Part shown: positions 37,373-50,941 of the stretch, one piece after another
How positions within the stretch are numbered: position 1 is the first letter of the stretch
How the letters are laid out: each line of letters begins with the position of its first letter
Assembly (NCBI RefSeq): GCF_006345805.1
Contig: NC_043008.1
Span: 13,144,001-13,208,000, forward strand
Origin: Octopus sinensis
Taxonomy: Eukaryota
Reading direction: 5' to 3'
DNA: 64,000 nucleotides
The notes under the pieces: generated by a model
Seen by the model: only the letters and a program-made list of their open reading frames with translations
What the model was told of the DNA's origin: nothing
Databases searched by the model: none
Program-made: the position numbers and the translations under genes

Positions 37373-37964
37373 ATATATACACATAAACACATACTTTCAG
37401 TGAGCGGTTATACACATACGCACGCACATAGACGTATGTACACGTGCATATGTCTAGAGCTTGCTCACCACTTTTGTTAATAAAAGAGAGGAATAATACT
37501 GAATATTTACAGCGAATGTATTTTGATTGAAACCTAATATTTTCAAATCTTGACACCTTCATGAAGAAAATTCATTTACTGTCGACTTCAAGGTGATAAA
37601 TATACAAATGCGAAATACTTAAATTTATACTGGAAGTCAGAAATGGATTTCTGAGGTAGCAGTCAACAGTGTAGAAAGTCTGCGATTGACGAATTACCTT
37701 TCCTGGATCGAGGCGGCGCTTACAAGGATTGCAATTATATATGTGAAGTGAATTAAATTCAATATTTTAATGGATGTAATCGGCAATAATTTATTAATTG
37801 CAATATCAAGTAGGTAATTGTGAGAAATCTAGAAAAATGAAGAATGCAAAGATTAAGGACATATTGACATATTCTTTATCACAGAAAAAACAAAAAACAA
37901 AAACAATTCAAGGCGTTGCCTTACCTTGCGTATTTTCTCATTTCTCTCCATCAGTTACATAGGT

Positions 37965-38075
37965 TTTACTCAAACTCTTAGCAAATAAAATAATTTGCTA
38001 GGCGGAGTTCTCATCAGTGGCTACGCCAAAACATTAACATATAATTTAGTGATAGAATAAAAGGTGTCTCATCAT
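37965..38075 (-). mobile_element. Partial copy of the 41281 hammerhead-bearing family
   Basis: Minus strand ttggcgtagcca-CTGATGA-gaactccgcctagcaaattattttatttgctaagagttt aligns with 41324-41384. Confidence 0.7.
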
Positions 38076-38819
38076 TATATGTTATAATTTCTTAGCGAGC
38101 TCTCCTACACCAACTACAGTTCTCCTCTACAAGTTTCCTTATTTTCCAGCTAATTAATTAACGATTATAGTATCTATCCCTTTTGGTCTTTGTTAGTAAA
38201 GAATGTAAATTTCAATAACAGGCTTTATATCATGTGTAAATTTAAATCATTCCAAATATAGCAAGCTGGATTAACTCATAGATTATACAGTTGGAGCAAT
38301 TGAGACGTCAATCTTACAACAGTCCTCCCATAATAAAACTGACTGAGAAAACGCTTAGCTAAATGACGTTAACAGCCACGCAGTCTTCAATTTTACGCCT
38401 CAGTCAATTTGAATAATAAATTCAATGGACGCTTATTTTTATACGATAGATTACCATAAATAAAATGTAACATTTTAAAGTAAAAAAAAGGAAATAATAC
38501 ATTTTAAAGATGAACTTACTGTTTGCGTCCACATCCATATTAATATGATCTTAATTTATGCAAAATAAAGCTCTCGGAAAAGATAACAACTCTTATTATA
38601 TCTGCGATCGAGTTTCCTATATTGCCTCCAAGTTGATTAATGAATTTAAATACGAGAACAAATACTTGAGTACAATGACTACGCAGATTTAAAACCACCA
38701 TTCATTCGCAATTAAAGATTTTAACTAATTTCACCTGAATAGAAATTACTTTGTTTTAATTCAATATCAAAGTTAACATAATATATATATATATTATTGG
38801 TTTTCTTTCTCTTCTCCTT

Positions 38820-38859
<40 letters not shown>

Positions 38860-39103
38860 CATAAATATAAGGATAAAATCTATATAAAATTTTTCAAGTA
38901 GCCATTGTGTAAAATCAATTACGGTAAACAATTAATACTCAGTACGTAATTTTTAAAAAATACATCATTACATTAAGGCATGTTACTTAAGTAAAGCCAC
39001 GTGCTAGAAAGGAACGCTAAAGTCAAACTACTTTATCAAAATATACATGCAGCGCTGAAGCCGAGAAGATAGACAAAGAAAAAAATTCTTTTAAAAAGTT
39101 TCA

Positions 39104-39164
39104 GTTAAATATCTAAATGATTTCATGGCCAGCACTGTAATAACGCTCCACTCGTCAGTGCAAA
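39104..39164 (-). ncRNA. Degenerate type I hammerhead-like motif
   Basis: Minus strand tttgca-CTGACGA-GTGGagc...gctggCCAT-GAAA-TC-attta-GA-TA-tttaac; stems II and III form, stem I has a mismatch. Confidence 0.5.
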
Positions 39165-39450
39165 CATAAACAGAAATACATAAAAACTAGCAATCCCCTG
39201 GTGTAAGTTCGAGATAGTCTAAAATAGTGCAATTCCGCTTCTGTCTATAGTTAAAATTGAGGATTATTTGACGTAGTCGAGACGTTAATTCAAAAATAAA
39301 CTGGTATTCAAAAATGAACATGTTTTATTTGCAAATATCGAGCATTAAAATGTAAAAATATCCAAAATTATATTTCGGAATGATGTTTAATTTACTGGAT
39401 CGCTGGAGAATCCGTACAAACAGCATGCACAACATTTCTATGGACAAGAC

Positions 39451-39773
39451 GGTGCTCTCAATCCGTCCTTTACGACGATGAGGATCCCAGCTGATACGAT
39501 CAATGGAACAGATGCTCTTGAAATTTACGTGCAAGTGACTGAGCAATCCACAGAGACGCGTACCCCTAACGTAGTTCTCAGGGAGATTCAGCGTGACACA
39601 GAGTGTGACAATGCCGGTCCTTTGAAGTACAGGTATAACTCATTTTTGCCAGCTGAGTGGACTGGAGCAATGTGAAATAAAGTGTCTTACTCAAGGACAT
39701 AACGCGTCGCCGGGAATGGAGCTCACGACCTTACAATCGTGAACCGAATACACTAACCACTAAGCCACGCACC
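39451..39773 (-). mobile_element. SINE family C2
   Basis: Homologous to 28969-29292 over its full length. Confidence 0.88.
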
Positions 39774-40559
39774 TGGACATGAAGGCAATCTGTAAGAAAC
39801 ATGTTTAATTGCAATTCGAAATTATCAGAGGCATCTGGGAAGTTGTAAACTGATGCGAAAATATGCTTGACATTAACAACGGGCATTTGTTGGAATATTA
39901 ACATAACTTACCGTGAGGTGCAAATTGCTTGCCTCGTTTACAAGTCGGTGCCGAAACTCTGAATTCCCTGCTGCATGGAGACCATCCAGATTCTAAACAT
40001 TTTCTTCGGAATATAAGAGCCTACAATTCCGCTTTCCAAGTCAAAGAATAAACAATGGGCATGTACGTGTCAAATCAAGTGAGTCACGCAAAAGCCGAAG
40101 ATCACCGCCCGTCTTTCGTTTTATATAAGAAACTGTTAGCTAAGCTTTTACATGTTTGTCAACCAAATTTCAACGTTCAATTACCAATCAATTTGCGTTT
40201 TCTACTGTCAATTGAATTTTGTTGTAAGAAAATGTTCTCATACTTGATTGATCCCCAATTAGTGCCATTTATTCGTAAGTCAATATTTTATTTCATTGTT
40301 ACTTATTTAAAATAATTGCCTTTTTTCTCACTCTTTTCTGTCAGCTTATTCATTAAACGAAAAATGACATGCCTGGATGCATGTGTTCGAGTACATTTCA
40401 TTCTAGAATGATATAGATTTTTACTGCAATCGAGTATGTTCTTTTATGAAATTGCTTAGAAAGCTTAATGCGATTAATGCTCCGATGCTGACTGGACGAA
40501 CAAAGCGGCTGTCCGTACGTGATTTTCGGAATGATAGCCAATAAGCGCCATTGAAATCT

Positions 40560-40741
40560 GATTTTCCATCAAGATTTTGATTAAAAATGGGAAAATCTCG
40601 CTTAAAAATAAACGATTATGTTAGGAAATTTAACTGATGCACCCAGTGTGTAAAATTTAAGCGCGATCAGTTGAAAAATGCGACTGTTATAGTCTTTTAA
40701 ACACATACACACACAGATAGAACAGGATAATATATTATAGA
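40560..40741 (-). mobile_element. Helitron-type 5' end
   Basis: Minus strand a|TCTATAATATATTA...tctgtgtgtgtatgtg...ctgatcgcgcttaaatttt; same layout as 33000. Confidence 0.55.
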
Positions 40742-41051
40742 TATAAACACATATGCATAACATACGAACACAACGTATCCACAGAGCATATTAAATGTAC
40801 CCACTTATACATCCATAAAATGATTTCTATCTTGTTCCTCTCAGTCTCGTGTTTATAACCAAAATTGTATAAACATGTATATATGTGTGTATGAATGCAT
40901 ATACACATGTATATACGTACGTATATATACATACATACATACATACATATATATATATATTATTATATATATATATATATATAATATATATATATATTAT
41001 ATATATGTATGTATGTATGTTATGTATGTATGTAGTATATATATATATATA

Positions 41052-41191
41052 CAAAAGGCAATAAAGATTCAAGTTAATTTAAATGAATTTACTTGAATAT
41101 GGTACCTAACTTAGATGCACCAAAAAAACTATACGGTTTTAACAATACAGTAATGTGGGGTGATTATAAGCGAGAAAGAAGCAACAAGAAT

Positions 41192-41195
<4 letters not shown>
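41052..41195. mobile_element. Partial copy of the 18426 family in (TA)n
   Basis: aaaggcaataaagattcaagtt...gcaacaagaatggat aligns with 18428-18567. Confidence 0.75.
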
Positions 41196-41242
<47 letters not shown>

Positions 41243-41280
41243 ATATTATATATATTCATATATGCATATATAGGTAATAT

Positions 41281-41545
41281 ATGGGGCACGTGTTATTCTG
41301 TCTCTAAATTATATGTTAATGTTTTGGTGTAGACACTGATGAAAAATCCGCCTAGCAGATTATTTTATTTGCTAATTAGAGTTTGAAACATATGTAAGGT
41401 AAAAGATTTTATTCTTCATTCCCTTCGAAATTGCTCTTAAATGTGGTTTTGGTCGTTTTGACTGCTCCTTCTAGCGTGTAACGCTGCCAGTTGAGGGTCG
41501 CCTTTTTGTGTTTAAATGTACACTTATTTTATATGGGGTATAGGC
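41281..41545 (+). mobile_element. (TA)n-inserted element with degenerate hammerhead (41331-41400)
   Basis: CTGATGA 41336-41342; inner hairpin tagca...tgcta; GAAA-CATAT-GTA 41385-41396 (palindromic ACATATGT); stem I poorly paired. Confidence 0.6.
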
Positions 41546-41623
41546 ATATATATATACATATGTATGTATATATGTGTATGTATTTATACATATGTATATA
41601 TATATATATATATTATTTATATG

Positions 41624-41678
<55 letters not shown>

Positions 41679-41844
41679 TATATGTATGTATGTATATATA
41701 TATAAGCAATAATCACACACAGTCTATGTGCGGCCGCCCCAAGAATGTTTACGTGTGCGCGTGCATGTGTGTGTGTGTCATTGTGTGCAATATTGACGTC
41801 ATAAGATTTTTATGAATATTAGGGAGAACGTGAAATAGGTTCTA

Positions 41845-42960
41845 TAATAATAATAATAATAATTGTGTACAGTGCTCAGGTGCACTACAACTCATCTAAA
41901 GTGTATATATAATCAGGTGTAGTTTCGGCGGATTTCGGAAAGCATGAGGGCCTTAAAAGATGCAGTGTCATGGCAGTCAACAACTGACGCAGGCAGTTTA
42001 TTCCATGCTTCAGCAACTCTGAGCGTGAAAAAATGTTTCCGAAAGTCATGGGGGCTGTATTGTTTTCTGACTTGTAGGCATGTCCACGTGTGTTAGACAC
42101 ATGGAGATCAAAAAGGTGTTCAGTGTTGTTGTTGGTGAGGTGGTTGATAACTTTGTGGGTGTTTACCAAGTCCGTCGCCAAACGCCGGAGCTTCAGTGAA
42201 TCCATGCCAGGGAAACAAGGCGCTCAGAATATGGTAGGTGTCTGATGGAGGGTATGCGTTTGGTTGCACGTCTCTGGACAGATTCCAGGAGGTCAATGTT
42301 CTGTGCAAGATAGGGGTTCCAAACTGATGATGCGAATTCCAAGTGTGGTCGTACCATAGCTGTATACAGTTTTAAATAGATGGCTGGAGAGCGGCTAACA
42401 AAAGACCTGCTGAGTGATGCCAAGACACCCTCGGCCTTCCTGACAATCTTAGAGATATGCTTTGACCAACGCAAATCACTGCTGACAGTGATGCCTAGGT
42501 CACGCTCGCAAGAGGATTTCTTGATATCAGTGTTGTGGAGGGAGTATGTGAACGCAGGGTTTTTTCTCCCAAAATGCATGGTGGTACACTTGTCCACAGC
42601 CAGTTTCAGTTGCCAGTCTGTGATCCATTGCTGCATTGTGTCTAGGTCTGATTGCAGGAAGAGTTGTAGACATCAGGATCTGTCCTCTTGATTTCAAGGT
42701 ACAGCTTGATGTCGTCTGCATATTTCAATACTGTGGCATTCTTTAAATTGGCATCTATGTCGTTAATGTATGCCACAAACAAGAGGGGACCAAGGACAGA
42801 TCCCTGTGGTACACCCGATGACATCTCATATGGTGTAGAGTGCTGTCCTAGAACTGTGACTACCTCCTTTCGGCTGAGGATGAAGGATTTCAACCAGTTA
42901 AAAAGGTCATCCCCCACACCCATTGCAGAGAGGTTCACCATAAGCCTTTTGTGTGGCACA
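41845..42960 (-). mobile_element. 5'-truncated CR1-clade LINE (RT domain, frameshifted) with (TTA)n tail
   Basis: ORFs 42642..42980 (SGVPQGSVLGPLLFVAYINDI, YADDIK), 42193..42636 (LYTAMVRPHLEFASSVWNPY) and 41885..42205 (NTRGH). Confidence 0.95.
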
Positions 42961-43310
42961 GTAGTTCCCGAAACACACACATTGCTTTATTAGTAATGGC
43001 ATCTAAGTAATGTGTTGAAAAACCTTCTGGATAGCAAATTACGAAGACTCGTGGGAGTCGAACCCATATTTACTGGAGACATGAAAGGTCTTCTATCTTG
43101 GTGACAATTTATAGATTTCTGCGTTACTACACTTGCAAAAACAATTATGCATACATTTGCATGTATGTGTGTGTGTATGTATGTATGTATATATGTGTCT
43201 GTACATACGCATCTATATGTATATGTGTGTACGTGCGTTTGTGAGTGCATAATTTAGTACGTAACAACAGTATAGTTCATAAAGTTTGCGGTATAAAAAA
43301 TTTGATATTT

Positions 43311-43516
43311 ATAGATAGATAGATAAAGAGAGAGCTAGCTAGCTAGATAGATAAAGAGAGAGCTAGCTAGCTAGATAGATAGATAAAGAGAGAGCTAGAT
43401 CGATAGATAGATACATAAACAGAGAGCTAGATATAGATAGATAGATAGATAGATAGATAGAGAGCTAGATAGATAGAGAGTTAGATAGAGAGACAGACGG
43501 ATAGATAGAGATAGAT

Positions 43517-43547
<31 letters not shown>

Positions 43548-43606
43548 TAGATGGATAGATAGAGAGCTAGATAGAGAGCAAGATAGAGAGACAGACGGAT
43601 AGATAG

Positions 43607-43647
<41 letters not shown>

Positions 43648-43661
43648 TATAGATAGATAGA
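43311..43661. repeat. (TAGA)n microsatellite with higher-order agataaagagagagctag units
   Basis: Direct. Confidence 0.92.
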
Positions 43662-44834
43662 AGGGCATGTACATAAATCTGCATGTATGAACAGATATGA
43701 CCTATAAACCATCGCCATGTACTTTCGTTACTGTTTTCTTAAAGTAAACACTCCTTGTTTACAATGCGAACTTTTTAGAATATAAAAGTGTGGTGAGGAA
43801 AATAGAGATGAAGTTAATGATGAAGATAGTGACACGTAAGTCGATTAGTTAAATCAAGACGCAAACTACAAAGGGGGTATTTGGTGAACTACAAAGATAA
43901 TCTCATAGACATAAAAAAGAGAGGATATTGGTAAATTGGAAAGATTTATGTTTACAAAAAGACGATTGTAGAGAAGCAGGTGTGTACAGGTGAGTGTTTT
44001 GCGATGTTTTAAAGAAGATAATGTACAGAGAAAAGAACGATGGCAACAATTGTGTCACAATTAGATAAAATACCACCGAGAAAAAAATATGCACAAAAGC
44101 CGCAATAATATTACTAAAAAAAGTTGGTGAGTAAATATCCGAGTTAAAACATGTTTATGTCTAGAACACTATTGAAATGCATCTGTGTTTCTTTTTCTTT
44201 TGGATTTGCATTGCCTTGATATATCAAAGGATGGGGAAATACACAGAAATATACATACATGACCATCGTATTCACTAAAAGAATTACTCTTACACATATT
44301 GACACACACTGAAGAAACGAGATGGTTTAAGACGCAACGAATATATGCATGGCCATGGAGCCACTTTTTCCCGTCTTCTACAGTAATGGAGACAAACAGA
44401 CATACACATGGACTGAGTGAGAAAAATAAAGAGCTAGAGTGAGAGAAAGGGGAAAGAAAGAAACACACATTATGATGCAGGGTCGCATGTTTTTACAGCC
44501 AGTAGTTCAAATGGAACAGGTACACACACACAAACACACACACACACACACACACAACACGCACATACTTAAAATCCTCAGCTCATCAACAAATTAAATC
44601 ATCGGATAAAAAATCGTGTACAAATTCAAAGAGTCTCTGCAATACAGCCTTGCGAAGGTGAAGTAAACATAATCAAATTGGCCATATATTTTACCTCTAT
44701 ATTAATGGGATACTTTGAACATTCTCAGGTGTCCTAGTGATATAAAGCATAGGTTTCGTTATTACAAGTATATTATTGGTTCATAAAATGTTTCTTTTTT
44801 TCTGTTTTAAATTGTTAAATGACAAGAAAATTAT

Positions 44835-45090
44835 CGTCGTGTATATGTATACATATATGGTGTGTGTGTGTTTGTGGGTCTGTGTTTGTCTCCCCAGCAT
44901 GGCTTGACAACCGATGCTGGTGTGTTTACGTCCCCGTAACTTACCGGTTCGCCAAAAGAGCCCGATATAATAAGTACTAGGCTTACAAAGAATAAGTCCT
45001 GGGTGTCGATTTGCTCGACTAAAGATGGTACTCCAGCATGGCCGCAGTCAAATGACTGAAACAAAAAAGGCAGTAAAAGAGAGAAAGAGT
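44835..45090 (+). mobile_element. SINE family B, 3' half
   Basis: tgtttgtctccccagcatggcttgacaaccgatgctgg...ccagcatggccgcagtcaaatgactgaaac. Confidence 0.88.
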
Positions 45091-45793
45091 ATAAAAGCAA
45101 ACCTTAATCTATCTATCTATCTACCTATCTATCTATCCATTATTCTAGCTACCTATCTATCTACTTACCTATCTATCTATCTATCTATGCATAAATCCCT
45201 TTCTAATGTCGATCTAGTTAAAGATGTTATATTCGATCTCCTATACTATCGACATATATGAAAAAGCTGAGAATGAGTCTAGAGCCATGCCTATAAGAGT
45301 GTCGGCTACATTTTACGTGTCAGAATATATCAGGATACATGGCAGTGTTGTTGAATATTGAGATTTCACAATATGTAAGAAAATGTATAAAATCGTCACA
45401 TAAATAAAGTGGAACTATAAAATGGGATGCATTTTAAGAATGAACATGCTGACAGTTTATAGGATTATAATTATATAGGGATTGCAGCCGATAGTGAATG
45501 GCCTTCCTACTGGAGTTGTTGATATCTATCTATCTATTTATCTATCTACTCTACTCACTTTCTATCTATTTTTCTATCGCTATAGATATACATGCATATA
45601 TATACATGCTTATATATATATATATTATATATATATATATATATTATATATATATATATAATATATATATATATATATAATATATATATATAATATATAT
45701 ATTATATGTATATATATATATATATAAATATATATACTTATATGTATATATATATTACTTATATGTATATATATATATATACTTATATGTATA

Positions 45794-45826
<33 letters not shown>

Positions 45827-46394
45827 ATACTTATATGTATATATATATATACATATATGTATATATATATACTTATATGTATATATAATATACTTATATG
45901 TATTATATATATACTTATATGTATATATATATACTTATATGTATGTATATGTGTATATACATATGTGTGTATATGTATGTGTGCGTATCTTTTTCTGTAT
46001 GTATGCATTATTTGTATATCGATATGATTTGCCCACAGGCAATGAGAAGTGTCGCTGAATGGAGTGGAAATATTCTCCAAAATCTGAAAATAGCAAAATC
46101 GAAGCTTAGAATATGGACACAAGAATTGCAATCATTGTTATTGCTCCCTGTAATTATAGGGGAGTTAGGAGCGTGAATCATCTGACAGAGCAGGGAATCC
46201 AAGAAATGTCATAGAATAACTTTCCAAATGTGAAAATTTGAAGAAAGAGTTTGTAGAAAATGATATAATATTCTGTGAGAAACGTCAATAAAAGGAAAAT
46301 TGGAAATGCTAATAACAGGAAAATCTCCTCTACATTAGAGTTATACTATCGAAAACTTTGGGCAGGATTATATGACATAGGTCAATATGAAGGA

Positions 46395-46409
46395 AATAAT
46401 AATAACAAC

Positions 46410-46443
<34 letters not shown>

Positions 46444-46483
46444 TAATAATAATAATAAATAATAATAATAAATAATAATAATA

Positions 46484-46566
<83 letters not shown>

Positions 46567-46742
46567 GCCCTGATGCACTACCAGGCAGTGGCTCACATGG
46601 CTTCTGATCTTAACTGATTGGAAGTGTTATCATGTACATTGTTTTGTCTTGGTATAAAATATGGGCTACAGCAAGTATTCTGCTCAAATCCACAGATTTG
46701 CTTGTCGGTTGTTTGACCATAACCAGTTGAGCATGTCCCTGC
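46395..46742 (-). mobile_element. Probable LINE 3' end with long (TTA)n tail
   Basis: About 170 bp (AAT)n tract abutting a unique, higher-GC segment 46567-46742; same tail type as the CR1 at 41845. No ORF support. Confidence 0.45.
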
Positions 46743-49700
46743 GTTGATCCTCATCGTATTCTTCATTGTGACATTGTCAAGATTTGTATCCTTCTCTAAA
46801 TTCCAGACTTCTTAGATTGGCCATCCAGTGGCGCTTTCTGTTACATTTGTTACAAGAAATTTAACATATTTTACTTGTTTGGACTATTGTTCCTTTGCAT
46901 ATACGATGAGGTACAAGCAAATGTTAGTTCCATTACACTTCAGAAACGTCAGAAACCAACATGTTTATTCAGACTCAGCTTGTACACAAGACGTGTGTAG
47001 ATAATTTAAACGTACAAAAGCGTATGTTGTGCAAACATTGCATTGGTGAAGGCATTAGTCTTCTTTGTGATATGGTTTGAGTCACTAGCAGTTGAGAAGA
47101 GGCTTGAAGCAACAATTCGGCACTTGGAAAAGACCGAACCTCTGATCTCCTCAAACGCATTAATGGGTATCACAATACTTTACATGTTGTCAAGTGCTTA
47201 CTTTAAATGTTTCCCTAGACATTTTGCACTCAGCAGAATTATATCACTCTTCCCTTTGCTTTTCCTTCAGTTATAAAATCAAGAAAAGAGACAGAACTGT
47301 GTAATATATATTTCGCACATTCATGTTTTTCCCTCAGAGCTGACCAATGTCCGGAAATATTTCAGTTTCTGAATTTTATAATTAGGAAAATATTTACTTT
47401 ATATGTTATAAAATTTATTGCTGTTTCTGTGTGGAAATTTTTATCTATGTAGTGAAAAATGTTTTGCTTAGTTGTTATATTAATCTTATTTATCTCTCAC
47501 AAGTAAGCAAATGTGTAAAAAACTTATAAATTGTTACAAAATATAATTTTAAAAATCAAAAATATAACACGTTATAAATATAAACACATGTTTTAATTTT
47601 TCAAGTCGTAACATGAAATTACTTTGACAAAGATGGTTTCCGTGCAGGGAAACATTTTTGGTCATATGGTTGCCGGGCAGATTGCGAGTCGTGACTAAAC
47701 AATTAAATATAAGGGAATAATGGATCTGAATATTACCTTTAAATTTCCAAGACTTCCAATCGGAATTGCATTCCATTCCTGAATCACTCTGCTTCACAGC
47801 AAATCCAACCTCTTTAAGTTTGAATGAAAGAAAAGATTTAGATTAATATCACACATTTTATGAATATGTTTCTCAATGTGTTGTTACTGTTACGCCGAGA
47901 AAGCCACTCTGTGGACAATATTTTACAATTCCTGAATATACTGTCATCTTTTGTATATCATGGAATACTTTAGCTAAAGTACTGTAGTTTTCTTTTATTA
48001 AACAATAGTGTCACTTGGTGGATATTTAACTACTACTTCTGGGCAATCGATCGACAACGTAAAGGTTCTGTGTTTTACTCTTAAAAGCAAATATGTATCT
48101 CCAATCTGTAGCAGCTGCTGTTACCAATTGCTATAGAAATAACACTTAAAAGGGGGATAAAATATAAAGCGCTGTCACAAATATATCCATTAGAGATTGG
48201 AAAAGATATATAAAAAAGCAGATGGTATATAAGGGAAAAGAGTCAAGTCAGAATATTTAGGATTGAAAAACTCTCATCTTGAAACAAAATGTAATGGACA
48301 AAAAAATAACTGTTAACAACGTCAAAGAGATGATGGATTCATATAAGCGGATAGTACTGAAATTATTACATTAGATTTACTTTATAGGAAAATATCGTGG
48401 ATTTTATTTTCCTATTTTATGTTTTCATATCACAGCAATTTATGTCATTGTATTTTGTATTTGACCGCTTCTGTTTGTATTGCTCCCAATATACTTGTTA
48501 TTCTGATATCATGGAATCAATCCCTAGTTTTGTAAAAATCACAGAACGGATTTTATACACTTGTGATAAGGTTTGACATTCGATTCATAAATCTTGTGTT
48601 TTGTAACGATTTGTTTCCGTGTATAATAATATGGCTGCTTCCTTAGTGTTAGGAGTGAGTTGTGACAGGATCAAAATGGTTGCAATGTACACACCTCTAT
48701 GATTGTTGAAGGCATATTCGAAAATGTTTAAAACAAGAGCTTGTATCTCTAAAAAAATAAATGCCGATTATATATTTATTTTTATACGTGTTTATTTTAG
48801 TACTTTGCATTTCTATATGTAGTGTTTCTGTTATTCAAATCAAAGCTCTTCTCAATCAGAAATCCAAATATTGTGAATAAGTGGAAATATCTATAAAATA
48901 ATAACCGTGGATATAATTTTCGACGGAGATGGAACACAAGCATTAAGTACTCGAGCCCTTATACTATACATTTGATCGTGGAAAATACGTAACTTAATAA
49001 AACCAGATCTTCATACATAATTATGACAATATCACACTGGCTCACCATTTACATTCAAGCAACAAGGGGTAAATACCATAACAATAATAGACATAACGAG
49101 AGAAATCTTTACAGAAAATCATCAATGGACCCATTCACTGTATTGTCCCATAAAAGCACAATAATCATTGATCATAGAGGTAACGCTCAAAATGCAACAC
49201 AATGCGACAAGGAATTCATAGACGCTATACACGGGTCACAGACAACAATATATACTTGTCAGATATATCCAAAGCACACCAGTATTGTCAGTAATAATAA
49301 AGTGGGTTATCTCTACTGAAATTTTGTAGCAACATGTGATCACACCATTCTTAAGCTGATAATGTAATATGAAGTTCTATACACATCGATGATCGACTTA
49401 ATCGCTTTACGTAGCCCAAATGAAAAATGGTTCTCGAAGAAAGTAGCCGTACAAAATCTTGATGTGTTTCCTGTGTAGCATCATTGAAAGAAAGGCTGTT
49501 TCTCAGGTTTTCTTAAATGCTAATACAACGTATCTGCATATATATCACTTGAAAATAGCAACGCTAAACGCATGCATAGTTCACTTTACTTTCGAATATT
49601 AAAATTTGGTAATTTTCTGGCGTTCACTTAATAATATAGCTATATTAAAAGTAACTTAGAGCGATATTCAAGTACCAAGATGTATGGATACACACACACA

Positions 49701-49918
49701 TATACACACAAAAACACTCTCATATATATAGTATATATATATATATATAATATATATATATTATATATATATATTATATATAATATTATATATATATATA
49801 TATATGAAGTTAAAAGGTATGATCGATTATAGTGACCATTGGCTTCGCTCCTATAAAGCAATTAGCAGTATAGTCGACTCAAGGGCTGAAAATATATGTA
49901 TGTATATATGTATGTATG

Positions 49919-49974
<56 letters not shown>

Positions 49975-50911
49975 TATGTATATATATGTATGAATGTATA
50001 TGTATGTACGTATATGCCTATACATATATATAGATAGACATATATACATACATATATGCATGCAAACATACGTTATATATCAATGCAAGGAATGAAGGAG
50101 AAAGGAAGAAAGAGCAGGGAGAAATATCCATAATTTGAAATATGTCAGCACCTACACGACCCAAATACTGCATCATTCAAGTTCAGGCTCAATACACTGT
50201 GGTATGTATGAAATTAGAAAATTTCAGATAATTATAGAATTTATTTCAGCTTGTTAAACCGTGACCCTGGAAATTAGTTTGTTTTATGGCAAACGCGACA
50301 TCGTAAGGCAACATAAAATTTGAGATTATACACTCTTTGTTTATTTTAACATAAAGCACTCTTATTTACTAGATTCTAAAACAGCGCCATTAACACTCTT
50401 ATTTACTAGATTCTAAACAATTTTACTTTACAACACGCTGAAATTGTTTTGTTATCAAACTAGTTTTATTTTATACTTTTACCAATATTTCTGTTGCATT
50501 TGTCTCATGCTTTATTTAACAGAATAACCAAATAATGTTTTATGAACGAAGACATGACAGTATTCATGTTAATGGAAGCTGTATATCAGTTTTGATACAA
50601 CTATTACCTGAACACTTTATTGCTTTCATACTTTCACACTTCTATCCATCTTGTGATCATTTTCACTGAGAGTCGTCCATAATTGATGACTATGTTTCAT
50701 TTTGGAATACTAACCGTGGTTGCTCATGTATATATTCCAGCTAGATATTCACTGCTGAGTGGTTATAATGGACGACAGATGTTTAAAAAATGGCAGCTTA
50801 TTTTAAGGGGTCAAACTTTCTCAGTTGAACAATTTGAATTATTCTCTAGTTTATTCTGAAGAGACCAATAATTGTGCAGAATTCGGCTTAACGATTCTAT
50901 AACTAATGCAT

Positions 50912-50941
50912 GAATATTTAGTTCAGATGAACTAAATATTC
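50912..50941. repeat. Perfect inverted repeat, 14 bp arms, 2 nt spacer
   Basis: gaatatttagttca-ga-tgaactaaatattc. Confidence 0.93.

Noticed and set aside
43779-43835. 57 bp plus-strand AG/GT-bounded open micro-exon
   Set aside because: No recognisable peptide or partner exons; expected by chance.
47625-47700. RFX X-box-like ggttgccgggcaga as a promoter
   Set aside because: Short imperfect motif with no linked transcript evidence.
48990-49400. Possible decayed PLE endonuclease end (LAHHLHS)
   Set aside because: Too degraded to support by eye.
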